From the NCBI GenBank assembly GCA_035604915.1, contig DATNHQ010000023.1:1-61211 (forward strand): DNA of 61,211 bases. Direction: 5' to 3'. A program made the position numbers and the translations under genes. The notes under the pieces were generated by a model, which ran no database searches, was not told where the DNA came from, and saw nothing but the letters and a program-made list of their open reading frames with translations. Positions 7,424 through 16,462 of the stretch are shown here, in pieces (position 1 is the stretch's first letter; the number at the start of each line of letters is the position of its first letter). The stretch comes from Solirubrobacteraceae bacterium. Lineage in GTDB: Bacteria; Actinomycetota; Thermoleophilia; Solirubrobacterales; Solirubrobacteraceae.

Positions 7424-8830
7424 CTACCGCTCGAACCCGAATTCGGCCTGCGTCTGGCGGGTCGTCGGAGTCGAGGCCGGCGCTGTCACCGCCGCGCTCG
7501 GAGACTGGGTGGCCGCCGTCGTCACCGGCGCTGTGGTGGCGATCGCGGTGGGGCTGGCCGCATGAGCTCGGGGCCTGGCGAACTCTCGGCTTATCTGCTG
7601 CACGGCGGTAACGCGCCGCGGCCTCGACTGAAGCGCTTTCGGTGACGGCGCGGCCGCGGTCGGTGACTGCGACCCCGATATGTGCGCCAGATCGGTCACG
7701 GTCCGCTTCGAACGAGCCCGCGCGACGTTCCGGTGGGGCGAGGTCGTCGTCGCGTCTGTGGCATACACGCGAGTGGGGTGAGGGGCGAAGCCCAAAGGCG
7801 GCACGATGCCAAGATGCGCGCACGCGGCGTAGCTTCCGGCGACGCTCGCAACGCAGACAACCGCGATGCCGACCTTGAGTGCGCCGAGGCCGGCCATCGA
7901 TCCGCCCGCGGCTCCGACGCCGCTGGATCCCGTTTCGGCGAGCGGGTGACGGGCGATCGCGAACGCGCGCCGCAGGCCCGCCCAGACGCCACCTAGCTTG
8001 AACCAGGCCGCGCCGCCGGCGAGCCCGGCCGGCAGCGGTAGGATCGCAGCGACGCGGCGCGCGGCGCGATCCACGTCGCCTGCTCTACGGGCACAGGATT
8101 GGCAGTTCGCGAGGTGCGCTCTTGCGCGGAGGAGCGGTTGGCCTTCGGCGACCCCCGCGCTCAAAGCGAGGATGTCTGGCTCGAGGCGCTGGCAGCGGTC
8201 ACCTCGTTCGTACTCCTCGACCAGCACCCGAAGTTTCGCGCGCGCCCGCTGGGCGACCTTGCGGTACTTCTCAACGGACCACCCGTAGCGCGAGCAGAAC
8301 TCGCCGGCGCCCATATCGACACACACCTGGCTCGCGAGCACTAGCTGCTGGTCGCGGCTCAGATCGGCGATGACCTCGCGCAACCGGCTCAGCTCGGTCC
8401 GCGCGATCACCTGCTGCTCGACCGCGGCGCGACGGTCCTCGAGATCGCGTGCACCGTGCTCGAAAGAGTCGACCGATACCGCACGGGCCATCGCCGCCTC
8501 GATCGAACTGCGCCCCCCGATTGCCCGACGTCTGTCCTCGATTCTGCTGACGAACTTCTGTTCGAGAGCGTTGAGGAGGTGGTCAAGTGAAACGAAGGGC
8601 GACCGCCGTGAGCGCGCGACGAGTTCGAGCGTCGCTTGGCTGTAGCAGTCCTCGAGGTCCTCCCGCCGCAGCTTGCGGCGGTAGACCCGAAGCATCCGGT
8701 CTCGCCTAGCGTCGGCGACCTGACCCACCGCCTCCGCCGGGTCATTGGCAGCATCGCGACTCGCAAACCCCATCCTGGGTTCTTCCGACGGCAGTCGAGG
8801 GATCGGGACAGCGTCCATCCGGCTTTCCAT
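7424..8830 (-). CDS. ECF sigma factor fused to a ZAS-type anti-sigma domain, a TM helix and a Ser/Thr/Pro/Ala-rich extracytoplasmic tail
   Basis: Sigma region 2-like (REDLEDCYSQATLELV) and region 4-like (LSRDQQLVLAS...GWSVEKYRKVAQRARAKLR) segments come first. The zf-HC2 motif HLANCQSC (H-x3-C-x2-C) follows, then the TM segment LGALKVGIAVVCVASVAGSYAACA and a low-complexity tail ending AEFGFER. Confidence 0.7.
   Translation of the reverse strand: MESRMDAVPIPRLPSEEPRMGFASRDAANDPAEAVGQVADARRDRMLRVYRRKLRREDLEDCYSQATLELVARSRRSPFVSLDHLLNALEQKFVSRIEDRRRAIGGRSSIEAAMARAVSVDSFEHGARDLEDRRAAVEQQVIARTELSRLREVIADLSRDQQLVLASQVCVDMGAGEFCSRYGWSVEKYRKVAQRARAKLRVLVEEYERGDRCQRLEPDILALSAGVAEGQPLLRARAHLANCQSCARRAGDVDRAARRVAAILPLPAGLAGGAAWFKLGGVWAGLRRAFAIARHPLAETGSSGVGAAGGSMAGLGALKVGIAVVCVASVAGSYAACAHLGIVPPLGFAPHPTRVYATDATTTSPHRNVARARSKRTVTDLAHISGSQSPTAAAPSPKALQSRPRRVTAVQQISREFARPRAHAASPTAIATTAPVTTAATQSPSAAVTAPASTPTTRQTQAEFGFER
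7427..7456 (+). repeat. Copy B of the quasi-palindromic motif (contains perfect CCGAATTCGG)
   Basis: ccgctcgaacccgaattcggcctgcgtctg. On the minus strand it encodes the last residues (AEFGFER-stop) of the sigma/anti-sigma fusion gene. Confidence 0.6.
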
Positions 8831-9179
8831 AACTGCGCGCGCAGTCTATGCGCAGGTGCCGGTGGCGCTTGGTGAATTACCTCCGCTCTCAACCTCGAGC
8901 GACGCTGTGGCGCGCGAGCCGCACCGGCCCCCGATAGCCGAAGCCAACACGCTCAGCCGCGACGAGTCGCGTGGCATCCGTCGCTTGTCCCGCGCGCGGC
9001 GCGGGGGTCGGAACAAACCGGCGAGTCCCCTTGGCCGCCATCGCTCAACCCGAATCCACCCTCGTCCGCGCAGCCAGCCGGGTGCTGGACGAGCGCCGGC
9101 GTGGCATCCGCCCGCCTTTCGGCGTCGCCCCCCAGGCGCTGCGCGGTGCGAGCCACGCCGGCGCCGGTGGGGGTTCGTG

Positions 9180-9764
9180 ATGCGGCGGAGACCGACCGCC
9201 GTGTACCGAGTGATCGACGAAGAGGAGCTGCTCGGGGGCGGGTCTGAGCTGATCGCAGAAGGCATGGCAACCCCGGTCGATCTCGAACGCGCAATCTCTG
9301 GGCGCGCGCGGCGGCGTCTGCGGTTCGACGGCGCTTGGGGCTCAACCGCCGCGGCGGTGGTCGGACTCTCCGGGATCGCTGCTCTTCTGCTCGCAACATC
9401 AACGCACGCGCCCGCCTCTCTCCGACCGCCGCGCCTCGCGACATCGTCACGCCAGCCTCCACCAAGCGGGTTTCGCCCCGCGGCACTCACTGCGACGACG
9501 CGCCCGCACACAAAGCTCCGCGAACACAGGCGTGGAAGGCCGCGCGTCACCGGCCGTTCTCAGCGGCGACGGCTGCACCGGCGGGTGCTCCATCGCGAGG
9601 ATCGCTCCCGGAACACGTCAGCGCAGTTGGCGCGGGCGCAATCCGTTAAGCCGCCCGTCGGCTCGGCGACGGAGGCTCGTCCCGTCCAGGCGCCCGAACC
9701 CGACGTGACGCCCGCAAGGGGCGGGAGCACCGGGCCGAGCGGCGAGTTCGGGTTCGAGCGGTGA
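9180..9764 (+). CDS. Single-pass membrane protein, Arg/Pro-rich, ends GEFGFER
   Basis: ATG 9180 (GTG 9177 is an alternative). The TM segment is AAAVVGLSGIAALLLATS. The stop overlaps the next gene's start (GTGA). I recognise no family. Confidence 0.5.
   Translation: MRRRPTAVYRVIDEEELLGGGSELIAEGMATPVDLERAISGRARRRLRFDGAWGSTAAAVVGLSGIAALLLATSTHAPASLRPPRLATSSRQPPPSGFRPAALTATTRPHTKLREHRRGRPRVTGRSQRRRLHRRVLHREDRSRNTSAQLARAQSVKPPVGSATEARPVQAPEPDVTPARGGSTGPSGEFGFER
9743..9761 (-). repeat. Copy C of the motif, inverted orientation
   Basis: cgagttcgggttcgagcgg is the reverse complement of ccgctcgaacccgaactcg and matches copy B at 18/19 positions. It encodes EFGFER at the C-terminus of the 9180-9764 gene. 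Confidence 0.6.
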
Positions 9765-10603
9765 GCGCACGGCCGTCCCGCGCCCGCGTGACGCTCCAAC
9801 CGCGCCGCCTATGGTCGCTGCGGGTCTCGCAGGGTGCCACTCGTTGGGTGCTCTACGCGGTCGCTGCCGTCGGCGTTGGAGCCACGGTTCGCAATGCCGT
9901 CGATCCTCCCGTCCGCCGCGCCGTCGCCGCGGTCGCAAGGCCGGTGTCAGATGCCGGCTCGGCATGGTTCGCCCTCAGCTTCGCCCGCGCGTACCTCACC
10001 TGGCCGGGCAACCCAACCGCACAGCAACGAGCTCTGTCCTCGTTCCTCGCGCCCACCGTCGACCCGGCGGCCGGGCTGAGCCTTGCACCGACCAGCACGG
10101 AGTCTGTGGGCTGGATGGCGATCGCAGCTGAGCAGGACGACGGCAACGGCGACCGCGACTACACGATCGCGGCCGACACGAAAGCCGGCCTTCGATACAT
10201 GGTGGTTGCTGTCGGTCGCGGCGCCGACGGTCGTCCGGTGCTGGCCCACTATCCGGCACTCGTCGGTCCACCGGCTAACGACCCGGCGAGCACGCTCGAC
10301 GGCGAATCGCTGCCGGTCGTGAGTAACGGAGCCGTCGAAGCGGTACTCGATCGCGCGCTTCGCAACTACATCAGCGATTCGAGCGAGAACCTGGCCGCCG
10401 ACCTCACGCCTGGAGCGCTTGTCGACCCGGTCGCTTCGGGTCTGATCCCGCGCGGCATCGAAAGGCTGGCGGCCGAGTCCTCGGGCTCTGTGCTCGCGAC
10501 GGTGCGCGCAGCCGACGCAAGCGGCGACGTCTTCACGCTCGCGTTCGAGGTTGCGCTCGTGGAATTGCACGGGCGCTGGGAGATAACGCGAATCGGGCCA
10601 TGA
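9761..10603 (+). CDS. TcpC-family conjugal-transfer-like protein (VirB8-like role)
   Basis: An N-terminal TM (WVLYAVAAVGVGATV) is followed by WFALSFARAYLTWPGN, typical of the first NTF2-like domain of TcpC/Orf13 proteins. A second similar module lies at the C-terminus. Confidence 0.65.
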   Translation: MSARPSRARVTLQPRRLWSLRVSQGATRWVLYAVAAVGVGATVRNAVDPPVRRAVAAVARPVSDAGSAWFALSFARAYLTWPGNPTAQQRALSSFLAPTVDPAAGLSLAPTSTESVGWMAIAAEQDDGNGDRDYTIAADTKAGLRYMVVAVGRGADGRPVLAHYPALVGPPANDPASTLDGESLPVVSNGAVEAVLDRALRNYISDSSENLAADLTPGALVDPVASGLIPRGIERLAAESSGSVLATVRAADASGDVFTLAFEVALVELHGRWEITRIGP

Positions 10604-10623
10604 CAACAGAGCGGAGGAACACG

Positions 10624-10947
10624 ATGAAGAGACTGATCGCGTGCGGAGTCGCGACCGCGTGGTTCTTGGTGGGGGCAGGCGCGGCGCTGGGCGCGAGCTC
10701 GTTGACGAATGCCAACGGCGCCTCGCTGGAAAGCGCAGCGAGCCAGGCGAGCGACACCGGCAGGACGGTCGCGCTCAGCCTGATCGGGCTCGCGCTCGCC
10801 GTCGCCGCTGTGGTGCTCGTGTTCAAGAGGGACTTCAAGGAAGCGGTCGGTGTGCTGGCGATTGGGATCATCGCCGTGCTCCTCGCCAGCCCGGCCGGTT
10901 TGAGCGTGCTGCAGAACACGGTGTCACTCCTGTTCGGCTCTCACTGA
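10624..10947 (+). CDS. Small secreted two-TM hairpin protein (VirB2/TrbC-like topology; TcpD/PrgF position)
   Basis: RBS ggagg lies 6 nt before ATG 10624. The signal peptide is MKRLIACGVATAWFLVGAGAALGA. Two hydrophobic helices are separated by KRDFKEA. An alternative ATG is at 10600. Confidence 0.6.
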   Translation: MKRLIACGVATAWFLVGAGAALGASSLTNANGASLESAASQASDTGRTVALSLIGLALAVAAVVLVFKRDFKEAVGVLAIGIIAVLLASPAGLSVLQNTVSLLFGSH

Positions 10948-10991
10948 CCAGTGGCGCCAGAACACAACCTGACACGTCCGTACGGACATGG

Positions 10992-11579
10992 GTGGTGACC
11001 GCGCAACTCGAGATCCGCTCGTTCCGCTCGGTCTTCGCGCTCGAGCGACGCGTGTACAGGATCGACACGCTGCGGCTAAATCCGGGTGGGGTGCCGCTGC
11101 GGGGCATCGCGTATGCAGTGGTGCTTGTGCTGCTGGCGTTGGTCGGCGGTGCGGTCCCTCCGACGGCATGGCTCGACGCCCTGGTCCCGTGGTACGTGCG
11201 CGACATCGCCATCCCAGTCGGCCTGGCGACGCTGCTCGGCGCGGTGCGGCTTGACGGGCGGCCGTTTCACATCGCCGCCCAAGCGATCGGTGGGTACGCA
11301 TTGGGTCCGCGCCGCTTGCACAGCCTCGCGGCTGCGCCGCGCACGCAGCGGTGGGACCCGCCGGAGCTGCTCCTGATACCCGATGGCTCCGACTCACGTT
11401 TTCGTTCGTTGCGTTTTCGCGGTCCGGGCGCCGTGCTCGTGCAACACCCGCATCTTCGCGCGGAGTGGCCCGCCCGCGCTCGCGCCTCCATCACGCTGCA
11501 CCCTCTCCGCGGGACAGCCGGACGCGCAAGCGTGGTCGAACTTGCTCCGGGCGTCGTGCTCGAGGTCCGCACGAGGTGA
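10992..11579 (+). CDS. TcpE-family (VirB3-like) conjugal-transfer membrane protein
   Basis: GTG 10992. The block FRSVFALERRVYRIDTLRLNPGGVPLRGIAYAVVLVLLAL plus a second TM matches the TcpE pattern. The stop overlaps the VirB4 start. Confidence 0.6.
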   Translation: MVTAQLEIRSFRSVFALERRVYRIDTLRLNPGGVPLRGIAYAVVLVLLALVGGAVPPTAWLDALVPWYVRDIAIPVGLATLLGAVRLDGRPFHIAAQAIGGYALGPRRLHSLAAAPRTQRWDPPELLLIPDGSDSRFRSLRFRGPGAVLVQHPHLRAEWPARARASITLHPLRGTAGRASVVELAPGVVLEVRTR

Positions 11580-14008
11580 ACCTGCGGCGACCGCTGACGT
11601 TCGTCTACGGCAACTGCGTTCACGGCGCCTGCGGTGCCTGGGCGCTGTTCGTGCTGGAGCCCTACAGCTACGCGACGCTCACGGCCGAACGCAAGCGCGA
11701 GCGCTTCGGCCGCCTGCTCACAGCAATCGAGTCGCTGGAAGCAGACCTTCAGATCCTGCGCGTGGATCGACGTTGGGATCCAGCCAGCGAGCTCGAACAG
11801 CTCGGCGCAACGTATGCCGGTCCGCACCCTCACGCGCACCGTGCCTACGTAGGGTCTCAGCTCGAGGCCCTCGGCGAGGAGCGCGCCGAGTTGCCGACGG
11901 TCTTTCTCGGAGTCAGTCTCGAACCGCCGCAGCGCGACGTCTCAACATTCCTCTCGGAACTCGCAAGCCGGTCGGCGCGCGACTCTTGGCGAGCGTTCGG
12001 ACGCGCGATGCGCGTGGGCCCGGCGGGCGAGTTGTCCGCCGCCGAGCTGGAGCGGCTGCGCATGCGCTCCGACGAGGTCCACGCCCGTCTCGCATCGAGC
12101 GTGCCGGCGCGGCCGGCGCGGACCGTAGAGGTGCAGTGGCTCGTCAGGCGAGCGTTCTGCCGCGCGCTCGGGGAGCCGGAAGTCGACGGTCTCCACGAGC
12201 CCCGGGCGCTGGTCTTCGAGCGCAACGGCGCGGCTGTGCTCGCGCCGCTGGAGGCGGACGTGATGCGGTGGAGCGAAAGCTACGTCGAGCACCGCGGCCG
12301 CCTGCTCCGAGTCGAGTCTGAGCTGGGATCGAGCTGGCAGGCGCAGCTCGTAGCCGGGGCCCTTCCGGAGAGCGCGGCTTTCCCAAGCTCACGGCTCGAG
12401 CTGATGTTCGCTCCCGCAGAGGCGCTCCAGTTCGGAATCGATCTAACCCTCTGCGCCCGATACCTCCCAAACGACCTCGCCATGCGGCTTGTGCGCCGCC
12501 GCGTCCAGGATGCGGACGAGATCATGAGAGCCGAGGCCGGCGGGGACCAGGGCGTCTCTGACCGCGGCTACGACCGCACGCAGGAGGCACGCGACCTCCT
12601 TTCCTACCTGCAATCGGCCAGCCATCCGCCGCTGTTGCGAGCAGTGCTGGCCGTATCCGTCGCCGCCAGCACCGAGGATGAGCTCGAGCGGCGCGTCGAA
12701 GCGGTTCGCCGCGCGTTCGGCGAGGTGCGGTTGCACCGCCCTCTGGGCGACCAGTTGCGGTTGTTCATCGCAGGCCTGCCGGGTCAGCGCTGCGCGGTCG
12801 CCGGGTATGACGATGTTCTGACCTGCGAACAGGTCGCGGCGATGATGCCGCTTGCGACCCACGCGGTGGGCTCCCCGCGTGGGTTCCACCTCGGCCACAC
12901 GCTGACCGCGACGCGCCATCCCGTTCGCCTCAACCTGCGAGAGGGCTCGGACGAGGATCGCAACGCCGCGATCCTTTCGATCGGCTCGCTCGGGTCGGGC
13001 AAGACCACGCTCGACCAGAAGCTTGCCTACGAGGCGTTCCTGCTCGGAGCGCGCGTGATCGATTGCGACCCAAAGGGCGACCACCGGATGCACGAGTTGC
13101 CCGAGGTCGCACCGCACGTCGAGACGATCGCACTGCGAGGCGACCGCGCATTGCGTGGCATGCTCGATCCGCTGCGGATCGCACCGGAGCACCTCCGCCA
13201 GGACGCCACCGTCTCGTTCCTGTGCGATCTGCTGCCGGCACGCTCCGAAGCTGCCTGGGAGACCGCGGTAGCGGGGGCGGTTGATGCCGTGCGCCGGCGC
13301 TCCAGGGAGCCGACTTGCTTCGAGGTGATCCGCGCGCTGGCGGCGGGCGACGCGGTCGACCAGCAGGTGGCGAAGACGCTCGCTGTCTACGCCGGTGCTG
13401 GACTAACCCAACTCGGCTTCGCGGACCCCGACGTCCGCCTCCCGAAGGTGGGGACGAGGCAGGTCACCTATGTGCCGATACGCGACCTACCGGCCCCGGC
13501 CCCTGGGAGCACGCGTTCGGAGTACTCGCCGCTCGAGCGGATCGGGGAGCAGATCGTTCGGCTGATCGCGATGTTCGCGATGGCGCTGTTGTCCGCGGAA
13601 CGCTCGCGCCTAAAGGTCTTCTCGTTTGACGAGGGCTGGCGTCTGCTCGGCGACCCGGTCGGGCGGATGCTGCTGGCGTCGCTCCAGAGGATGGGTCGGA
13701 GCGAGCTCGCCGTTCCAATCATCTCGACCCAATTGGTCAGCGATGCATTGCTGGACGGCCGCGAGACGCTCGAGAACCTCATCGGCGCGACCTTCGTTTT
13801 CGGGTTACGCTCGGAACGCGAGGCGGAGAGGGCGCTCGCGCTGCTCGACCTCGACCCGAATGACCGCGCGCTGCGCGACCGACTGCTCGGTTTCGATGCC
13901 GGTCGCTGTCTCATGCGTGACCACCGCGGACGCGTTGAGGCCGTGCAGGTGGAGGTGCTCGTTCCCAGGCTGCTCGCGGCGTTCTCGACGACACCGCCGC
14001 CACGATGA
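11576..14008 (+). CDS. VirB4/TcpF/TraE-family T4SS ATPase
   Basis: GTG 11576 (GTGA overlap). Walker A is GSLGSGKTT and Walker B is KVFSFDEGW. The size, about 810 aa, is typical of VirB4. Confidence 0.85.
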   Translation: MNLRRPLTFVYGNCVHGACGAWALFVLEPYSYATLTAERKRERFGRLLTAIESLEADLQILRVDRRWDPASELEQLGATYAGPHPHAHRAYVGSQLEALGEERAELPTVFLGVSLEPPQRDVSTFLSELASRSARDSWRAFGRAMRVGPAGELSAAELERLRMRSDEVHARLASSVPARPARTVEVQWLVRRAFCRALGEPEVDGLHEPRALVFERNGAAVLAPLEADVMRWSESYVEHRGRLLRVESELGSSWQAQLVAGALPESAAFPSSRLELMFAPAEALQFGIDLTLCARYLPNDLAMRLVRRRVQDADEIMRAEAGGDQGVSDRGYDRTQEARDLLSYLQSASHPPLLRAVLAVSVAASTEDELERRVEAVRRAFGEVRLHRPLGDQLRLFIAGLPGQRCAVAGYDDVLTCEQVAAMMPLATHAVGSPRGFHLGHTLTATRHPVRLNLREGSDEDRNAAILSIGSLGSGKTTLDQKLAYEAFLLGARVIDCDPKGDHRMHELPEVAPHVETIALRGDRALRGMLDPLRIAPEHLRQDATVSFLCDLLPARSEAAWETAVAGAVDAVRRRSREPTCFEVIRALAAGDAVDQQVAKTLAVYAGAGLTQLGFADPDVRLPKVGTRQVTYVPIRDLPAPAPGSTRSEYSPLERIGEQIVRLIAMFAMALLSAERSRLKVFSFDEGWRLLGDPVGRMLLASLQRMGRSELAVPIISTQLVSDALLDGRETLENLIGATFVFGLRSEREAERALALLDLDPNDRALRDRLLGFDAGRCLMRDHRGRVEAVQVEVLVPRLLAAFSTTPPPR

Positions 14009-16458
14009 GCCGATCGCGCTACCGGTGGCTCTCGCTGGTTCTGGTTGCAGGCGCGCTGTGCTGCAGCACCGGGATTGCGGCTGCGGCGGACGGGGTCACA
14101 TCGGTGGCCGCGAGTCCGCTCGCCGCGAACGGTTTCGAGAGCCCGTCGTGCTCGTCGGCGCAACTCGAGGCCCAGCTCTCGCAATCAGAGCAAGCCAACT
14201 GCGCGATTTCCGGAGTGGCCGTGGCACCGGTGCCGCTGTCCAACTACGCCGTCGACATCGAAATCCCGGCGGGCCTCAGCGCGAGCTTCAGCGAGGACAT
14301 CGACTCGATCGTCCAGGACCTTTTCGTGACCCCCGTCTGGACGGCGCTGGTGTGGCTGATCCACGTGGCGCTGATCGCGCTGGAGTGGTGTTACTCGCTC
14401 GACCTCCTTGCGCCGGCGACGTTGTCACGCGCCGCCTCGGCTCTTGGCGGTGCCCGGCGGGTCTTCACGGATCCGTGGCTCGGCCTCGCGCTGGCTGTCG
14501 CGGCTGTCGGGTTCGCCTGGCAGGGGCTCGTTCGTCGCCGCGTGCTCGACACGCTGGGACAGGCGGCGCTGCTGGCGGTGATGATGCTCGCCGGACTTTG
14601 GATCATCGCCGACCCATCGGGGACGGTCGGCGCCGTCGGAGGTCTGGCCGATCGTGCCGCGCTCGCCACGGTCGCGGCGAGCGCGACCGGCGATCCCGGC
14701 AGTCCCGTCGCGACGGTTGACGGCGCGTTCGCGACCGTCTTCGACAGCGCCATCAGCGGACCGTGGTGCTACCTGGAGTTCGGAGACGTCGACTGGTGCC
14801 GGGATCCAGCCTCGCTCGATCCTCACCTGCGCGCGACCGCGACGCGGCTGGAGACGCTGTATCGCGCGGAGGCCTCGTGTCGTGGGCCGACGGTAGGCCT
14901 CGTGCAATGCGCGCCCGGTGGCAGTGCGCTGCAGAGCCAACTGGACGGGGCGGCGGCAGCGTTGGCTGCCGCGCGCAGCAATGGCCAGTTGTTTCTGGCG
15001 CTTCCTGCGCAGGCGCTATCGCGCACGTCACTGTCAGCACAGTCGGTGACGCCGACGCTCTACGGCACGCTTTGCGGCTCCAATGACCCGTCAGCCTGCA
15101 CGGCGCCCACGGCCCCGCAGGCCGAGTTTCGCTCCGCGTCGGGCACCTGGCCAAGGGTCGGCGGGCTGCTGCTGATCGTCGCGGGCACGCTCGGGATGTT
15201 GTTGTTGCTTGGGTTCTTGGCCCTCCGGTTGCTCGGTGCGGCACTCGCAACTCTGCTGTACCTCCTCCTGGCTCCCCTGGCGGTGCTCGCTCCCGCCCTC
15301 GGCGAAGGTGGACGCGACGCGTTCCGCCTGTGGATCACGCGGCTCGTGGGGGCGACGCTGGCAAAGCTGGTGTACTCGGTCGCTCTAGGCGTCGTCCTGC
15401 TTATGGTGGCGTTGCTCGGTTCGCTCGACAACCTCGGCTGGTGGACGCAGTGGCTCCTCACCTCGGTGTTCTGGTGGACGGCGTTCGAGCAGCGCCACCG
15501 CTTGCTCTCGCTGGTGCTGCATGAGCGCTCGGAGCCAACACGTCGCGCACCGTTCGCGACGCGCGCCTGGCTCGCCGCACGCAGCGCCGGTGCGGGAGTC
15601 GGCGCGGCGCGCGCCTCGGGTCGCATAGCCGTAATCGCCGGACAGCGGGCGGTCGAGACGGCGAAGCGTTGGCGTGAGCTCCCGCGGGACGGCGTCCCGT
15701 CTACGGCGCAACGGCGGAACGCTGCTTCGGCGGAGACGGGCACTACGCGGCGCGAACAGCGCGCCGGGGTGCAACGCGAGCTCGATGAGCAGGTCGCGCG
15801 CTTCCAGGACGTCGCGTTTGGCCCGGGGGCGTTCGCCGTCTCAAGTCCCGACGCGTCGAGCACGGCGAGGATCGCTGCACGCGCCGACGTCGTCGCGCTC
15901 GAGGCCCGACAGAAACGCATCGCAACGAGCCTTCGCGACGCCCGAGCAACCGGCGATCGACGACGAGCGGTATCGCTGCAGTTGCGGGGCAGGCGTGTCG
16001 CCGAGGAGCTCAAGGCGCGCCAAACAGGCGATGGCCAGCGAGTGCCATTCGCGACGAGCGGTCGGGTGCCCGCGCGCCTGGTTCGTCTGGCGCCGACGGC
16101 GCTTCGGCAGAGGGTTGCGCAGCGCACGCTGACGCGCCAGCTCGACCTGGCGGCGCGGGCAGCACCCGGGCAGTCGCGCTCGAGCGGCATCCGCGGCGTG
16201 TCACTGGCCGGCCTTGCGGGCCTTTCTGAGGCGGAATACCTCCGTCGACCGCCGGCCGCGCAGCGCGTGGCCCGCATTGAGATCGAGCGCGAGCTCGCAA
16301 GGCGCCGCGAGTTGTTGGACGAGGTCAGTTCGGGGCGGCGCGCGCCCCTGATCCCCGGCCTGTCGGGACGCCACCGCCAGCCGGAGAAACCCAAGAGTGA
16401 ACGCCACACGTCGCCCGAGGCACGACGGGCGCGTCAGTTCGGGCGCGACACGCGGTGA
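14005..16458 (+). CDS. Polytopic membrane protein, VirB6/TcpH/TrbL-like, with Arg-rich cytoplasmic C-terminal region
   Basis: ATGA overlap with virB4. There is a signal/TM at the N-terminus and at least 6 further TM helices (e.g. LLLIVAGTLGMLLLLGFLALRLLGAALATLLYLLLAPLAVLAP). The position after VirB4 fits this role. Confidence 0.6.
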   Translation: MSRSRYRWLSLVLVAGALCCSTGIAAAADGVTSVAASPLAANGFESPSCSSAQLEAQLSQSEQANCAISGVAVAPVPLSNYAVDIEIPAGLSASFSEDIDSIVQDLFVTPVWTALVWLIHVALIALEWCYSLDLLAPATLSRAASALGGARRVFTDPWLGLALAVAAVGFAWQGLVRRRVLDTLGQAALLAVMMLAGLWIIADPSGTVGAVGGLADRAALATVAASATGDPGSPVATVDGAFATVFDSAISGPWCYLEFGDVDWCRDPASLDPHLRATATRLETLYRAEASCRGPTVGLVQCAPGGSALQSQLDGAAAALAAARSNGQLFLALPAQALSRTSLSAQSVTPTLYGTLCGSNDPSACTAPTAPQAEFRSASGTWPRVGGLLLIVAGTLGMLLLLGFLALRLLGAALATLLYLLLAPLAVLAPALGEGGRDAFRLWITRLVGATLAKLVYSVALGVVLLMVALLGSLDNLGWWTQWLLTSVFWWTAFEQRHRLLSLVLHERSEPTRRAPFATRAWLAARSAGAGVGAARASGRIAVIAGQRAVETAKRWRELPRDGVPSTAQRRNAASAETGTTRREQRAGVQRELDEQVARFQDVAFGPGAFAVSSPDASSTARIAARADVVALEARQKRIATSLRDARATGDRRRAVSLQLRGRRVAEELKARQTGDGQRVPFATSGRVPARLVRLAPTALRQRVAQRTLTRQLDLAARAAPGQSRSSGIRGVSLAGLAGLSEAEYLRRPPAAQRVARIEIERELARRRELLDEVSSGRRAPLIPGLSGRHRQPEKPKSERHTSPEARRARQFGRDTR

Positions 16459-16462
16459 ACCA

